A DNA stretch of 64,000 nt, from positions 64,001 to 128,000 of the forward strand of contig JBPOGF010000008.1 in the NCBI GenBank assembly GCA_051251915.1. Reading direction: 5' to 3'. Source of the DNA: Akkermansiaceae bacterium. Its GTDB lineage: Bacteria > Verrucomicrobiota > Verrucomicrobiia > Verrucomicrobiales > Akkermansiaceae. The translations under genes and the position numbers were made by a program. Positions 61,916 to 64,000 of the stretch are shown one piece after another (within the stretch, counting starts at the first letter, position 1; every line of letters begins with the position of its first letter). A model generated the notes under the pieces. That model made no database searches. It saw only the letters and a list, made by a program, of their open reading frames with translations, and was not told the DNA's origin.

Positions 61916-62869
61916 ATGGGAAAACACATCAACATCATCGCAAGAAGTAACGGAGTCGGTCTAGATAGCGATGTAGGGATTCTTAAAGCTACCCTAGAAT
62001 CTGCTGGATACACCGTCACCTTCAGCCACTGTAGAGCCAAATCACTACTCTTCAGAATATCTAAGCTCTTCAGTAAAACTCACCAATTTGACGTAAACAT
62101 CTTCCTCGAAAGAATCTTCCCAAACTGGATCCCAGCAGCAAAAATAAACCTCCTCATACCAAACCAAGAACGCTTCCCCCACAGGCACCTATCCCGGCTA
62201 AAAAAAATAAACCACATCCTCTGCAAATCTCAGCACGCACAGCAGATCTTCCTCAAGCACCACCCATCCTCCCACTTCATAGGATTCACCTCCAAGGACA
62301 CCCACCTGCCAGACATCACCCCAGATTACAACCAGTTCTTCCATCTCGCAGGCAGATCCACACTCAAAGGCACAGACACCATTCTCAAACTCTGGAGCCA
62401 AAACCCACACTGGCCAACCCTCAACCTAGTCCAGCACCAAGACAACGCACCAGAAAGCGTCCCAGAAAATGTCAACCTCATCGCCAAATACCTCACCACT
62501 GAGGAGCTCTACCACCTTTCCAACACCTGCGGCATACACCTCTGCCCATCCCTATCCGAGGGCTGGGGCCACTACATCGTAGAAGCCATGAGTTCATCAT
62601 CAGTCGTCCTCACCACAGACGCCCCACCCATGAATGAACTCATCTCAAAGCACCGCGGCATCCTCTGCCCATACTCCCACTCAGAACCACGCCACCTCGG
62701 GACCAATTTCCACGTAGACGAACAAGCACTTCAAGCCCACATCGAGAACATCATCTCCATGAGCACAGAAGACAAATCCACCATCGCCAACCAAGCCAGA
62801 TCTTGGTTCACAGATAACCAAGTTCACTTCTCCACCACCCTCCTTCAAACTCTAAAAAAGATCCTGTGA
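61916..62869 (+). CDS. glycosyltransferase (GT-B)
   Basis: SNGVGL, HLCPSLSEGWGHYIVEAMS, DAPPMNEL. Confidence 0.82.
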   Translation: MGKHINIIARSNGVGLDSDVGILKATLESAGYTVTFSHCRAKSLLFRISKLFSKTHQFDVNIFLERIFPNWIPAAKINLLIPNQERFPHRHLSRLKKINHILCKSQHAQQIFLKHHPSSHFIGFTSKDTHLPDITPDYNQFFHLAGRSTLKGTDTILKLWSQNPHWPTLNLVQHQDNAPESVPENVNLIAKYLTTEELYHLSNTCGIHLCPSLSEGWGHYIVEAMSSSSVVLTTDAPPMNELISKHRGILCPYSHSEPRHLGTNFHVDEQALQAHIENIISMSTEDKSTIANQARSWFTDNQVHFSTTLLQTLKKIL

Positions 62870-63894
62870 CCAACCACTCCATCCAACTCATCCTCGGAAA
62901 TTCTAACAAACGCTTCTCAGGAGTCACATCCACCATGCTCCAAGTTCTCCCCCACCAGAAAGAACTCATGGAAACTGCCGTCTTAGGAAAACACCACCTA
63001 TCAGAAGACACCAACTGGCTCACATTCCCCCAGTTCATCAAGCTCTGCAAACAACCCCTCCCCAGCGGCAGCCCACGCATCTACCACGCCCGCAGAAATG
63101 ACGAAATGATCCAAGCCCTAATCGCTAAAAAATTCTTCGGAGCCAAAATCAAAATCGTCTTCACCTCCACCGCCCAGCGCCACCACTCCAGATTCACCCG
63201 CTGGCTCATGAGCAAAATGGACGCTATCATCAGCACTTGCACCGCCGCTAACTCATTCCTCAAAACTCCAGCCGACATCATCATCCCCCACGGTATCGAC
63301 ATAGAAACCTTCACCCCCTCCACCCGAGAAAAATCAGACCACATCAACATCGGAGTCTTCGGCCGCATCCGCCCGTCCAAAGGCATAGACCTCCTCATAG
63401 ACGCAGCTATCCCATTACTAAAAACTTACCCCCACGTCACTCTCAGTATCTGCGGCGAAACCACACCAAAATTCCAATCCTACCTTGATGAACAAATCAA
63501 AAAGATTGCAGAAGCGGCAATAGGTAACCAAGTCAAATTCCTAGGAAAAGTCGCATTCCATGAACTCCCGGAACTCTACCGCAACATGGACATCGTCTGC
63601 GCCGTCAGTAGAAACGAAGGCTACGGCCTCACCCCACTAGAAGCCATGGCATCAGGAACCGCCGTCCTAACATCAGAAGCCGGAGCATGGAAAGACATCA
63701 TACAAAACGGCACCCAGGGATACTGCGTCCCCACAGGCAATGTAGCAGCCATCAGAGAAAAACTAGAACTCATGATCCAGAACCCCACCACAACCCGCCA
63801 AATGGGCATCGCCGGTAGAAAACACGTAGTAACCCACTACACCAACAAAAAAGAAGCCCAGCAACTCTGCTCCTTCTTCAAGTCACTACAATAA
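62866..63894 (+). CDS. GT4 LPS-core glycosyltransferase (LpcC/LpsB-like)
   Basis: RFSGVTST, HARRNDEM, FTSTAQRHH, GRIRPSKG, EGYGLTPLEAMASG. Confidence 0.85.
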   Translation: MTNHSIQLILGNSNKRFSGVTSTMLQVLPHQKELMETAVLGKHHLSEDTNWLTFPQFIKLCKQPLPSGSPRIYHARRNDEMIQALIAKKFFGAKIKIVFTSTAQRHHSRFTRWLMSKMDAIISTCTAANSFLKTPADIIIPHGIDIETFTPSTREKSDHINIGVFGRIRPSKGIDLLIDAAIPLLKTYPHVTLSICGETTPKFQSYLDEQIKKIAEAAIGNQVKFLGKVAFHELPELYRNMDIVCAVSRNEGYGLTPLEAMASGTAVLTSEAGAWKDIIQNGTQGYCVPTGNVAAIREKLELMIQNPTTTRQMGIAGRKHVVTHYTNKKEAQQLCSFFKSLQ

Positions 63895-63968
63895 CACACC
63901 ACTACCCCCACCAAAACCGATCATAATTTCATTGCTATCTTCTCAAGATACTCTTTATCCTAACCCTC

Positions 63969-64000
63969 ATGAGTCTCACTAGCCCAACTCTCAGCGGAGA
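63969..64000 (+). CDS. probable start of the next gene (truncated by the window)
   Basis: ATG preceded by TTGCTA-18-TATCCT-7nt. Confidence 0.4.
   Translation, partial: MSLTSPTLSG

Noticed and set aside
138..63809. Numerous 60-250 aa ORFs antisense to or overlapping the called genes (e.g. 7715-8173, 11485-12006, 20133-20699, 35577-36323, 47893-48537)
   Set aside because: They lie over well-supported genes, have no motifs, and are expected shadows of the strong codon skew
1..64000. CRISPR array, transposase, integrase, prophage, rRNA or tRNA
   Set aside because: No regularly spaced repeats or recognisable motifs seen; the nitrate island has no visible mobility genes or flanking direct repeats

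Overview
Bacterial chromosomal window, most likely a Verrucomicrobiota (Rubritalea/Akkermansiaceae-like) genome. That is inferred from three Cys-type sulfatases, a PQQ/cytochrome c/cadherin protein and the general gene content. The flanks carry housekeeping and envelope genes: trpD, miaB, a sigma70-family factor, an orphan ParA with a partner, selA, ndk, a 2-oxoacid dehydrogenase E1a/E1b/E2, avtA, sdhCA without sdhB, a lipid A acyltransferase, rfbB and glycosyltransferases. The centre (24.6-43.8 kb) is a 19-kb nitrate/nitrite assimilation island: nirBD, a porin, LysR, narK, a PP2C-kinase, nirA, a DmsB-DmsC fusion, nitrate reductase and nrtABCD. The most striking signal is regulatory. Seven transcription units of the island each have a sigma54-type GG-N9-TGCT (-24/-12) element, and five of these sit so close to the start codon that the mRNAs would be almost leaderless. 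LysR-type ATGA-N7-TCAT/TAAT boxes lie at nearly fixed distances (7 and 28-29 bp) upstream of the -24 GG, and no AAA+ enhancer-binding protein is encoded in the window. This suggests a LysR-controlled sigma54 regulon (inference). Also noted: a probable quinol-linked, membrane-anchored assimilatory nitrate reductase, a 6S-like structured RNA candidate, two unannotated small ORFs, widespread leaderless sigma70 promoters and extreme C>G strand skew. All product calls come from motif recognition by eye; no database searches were run.
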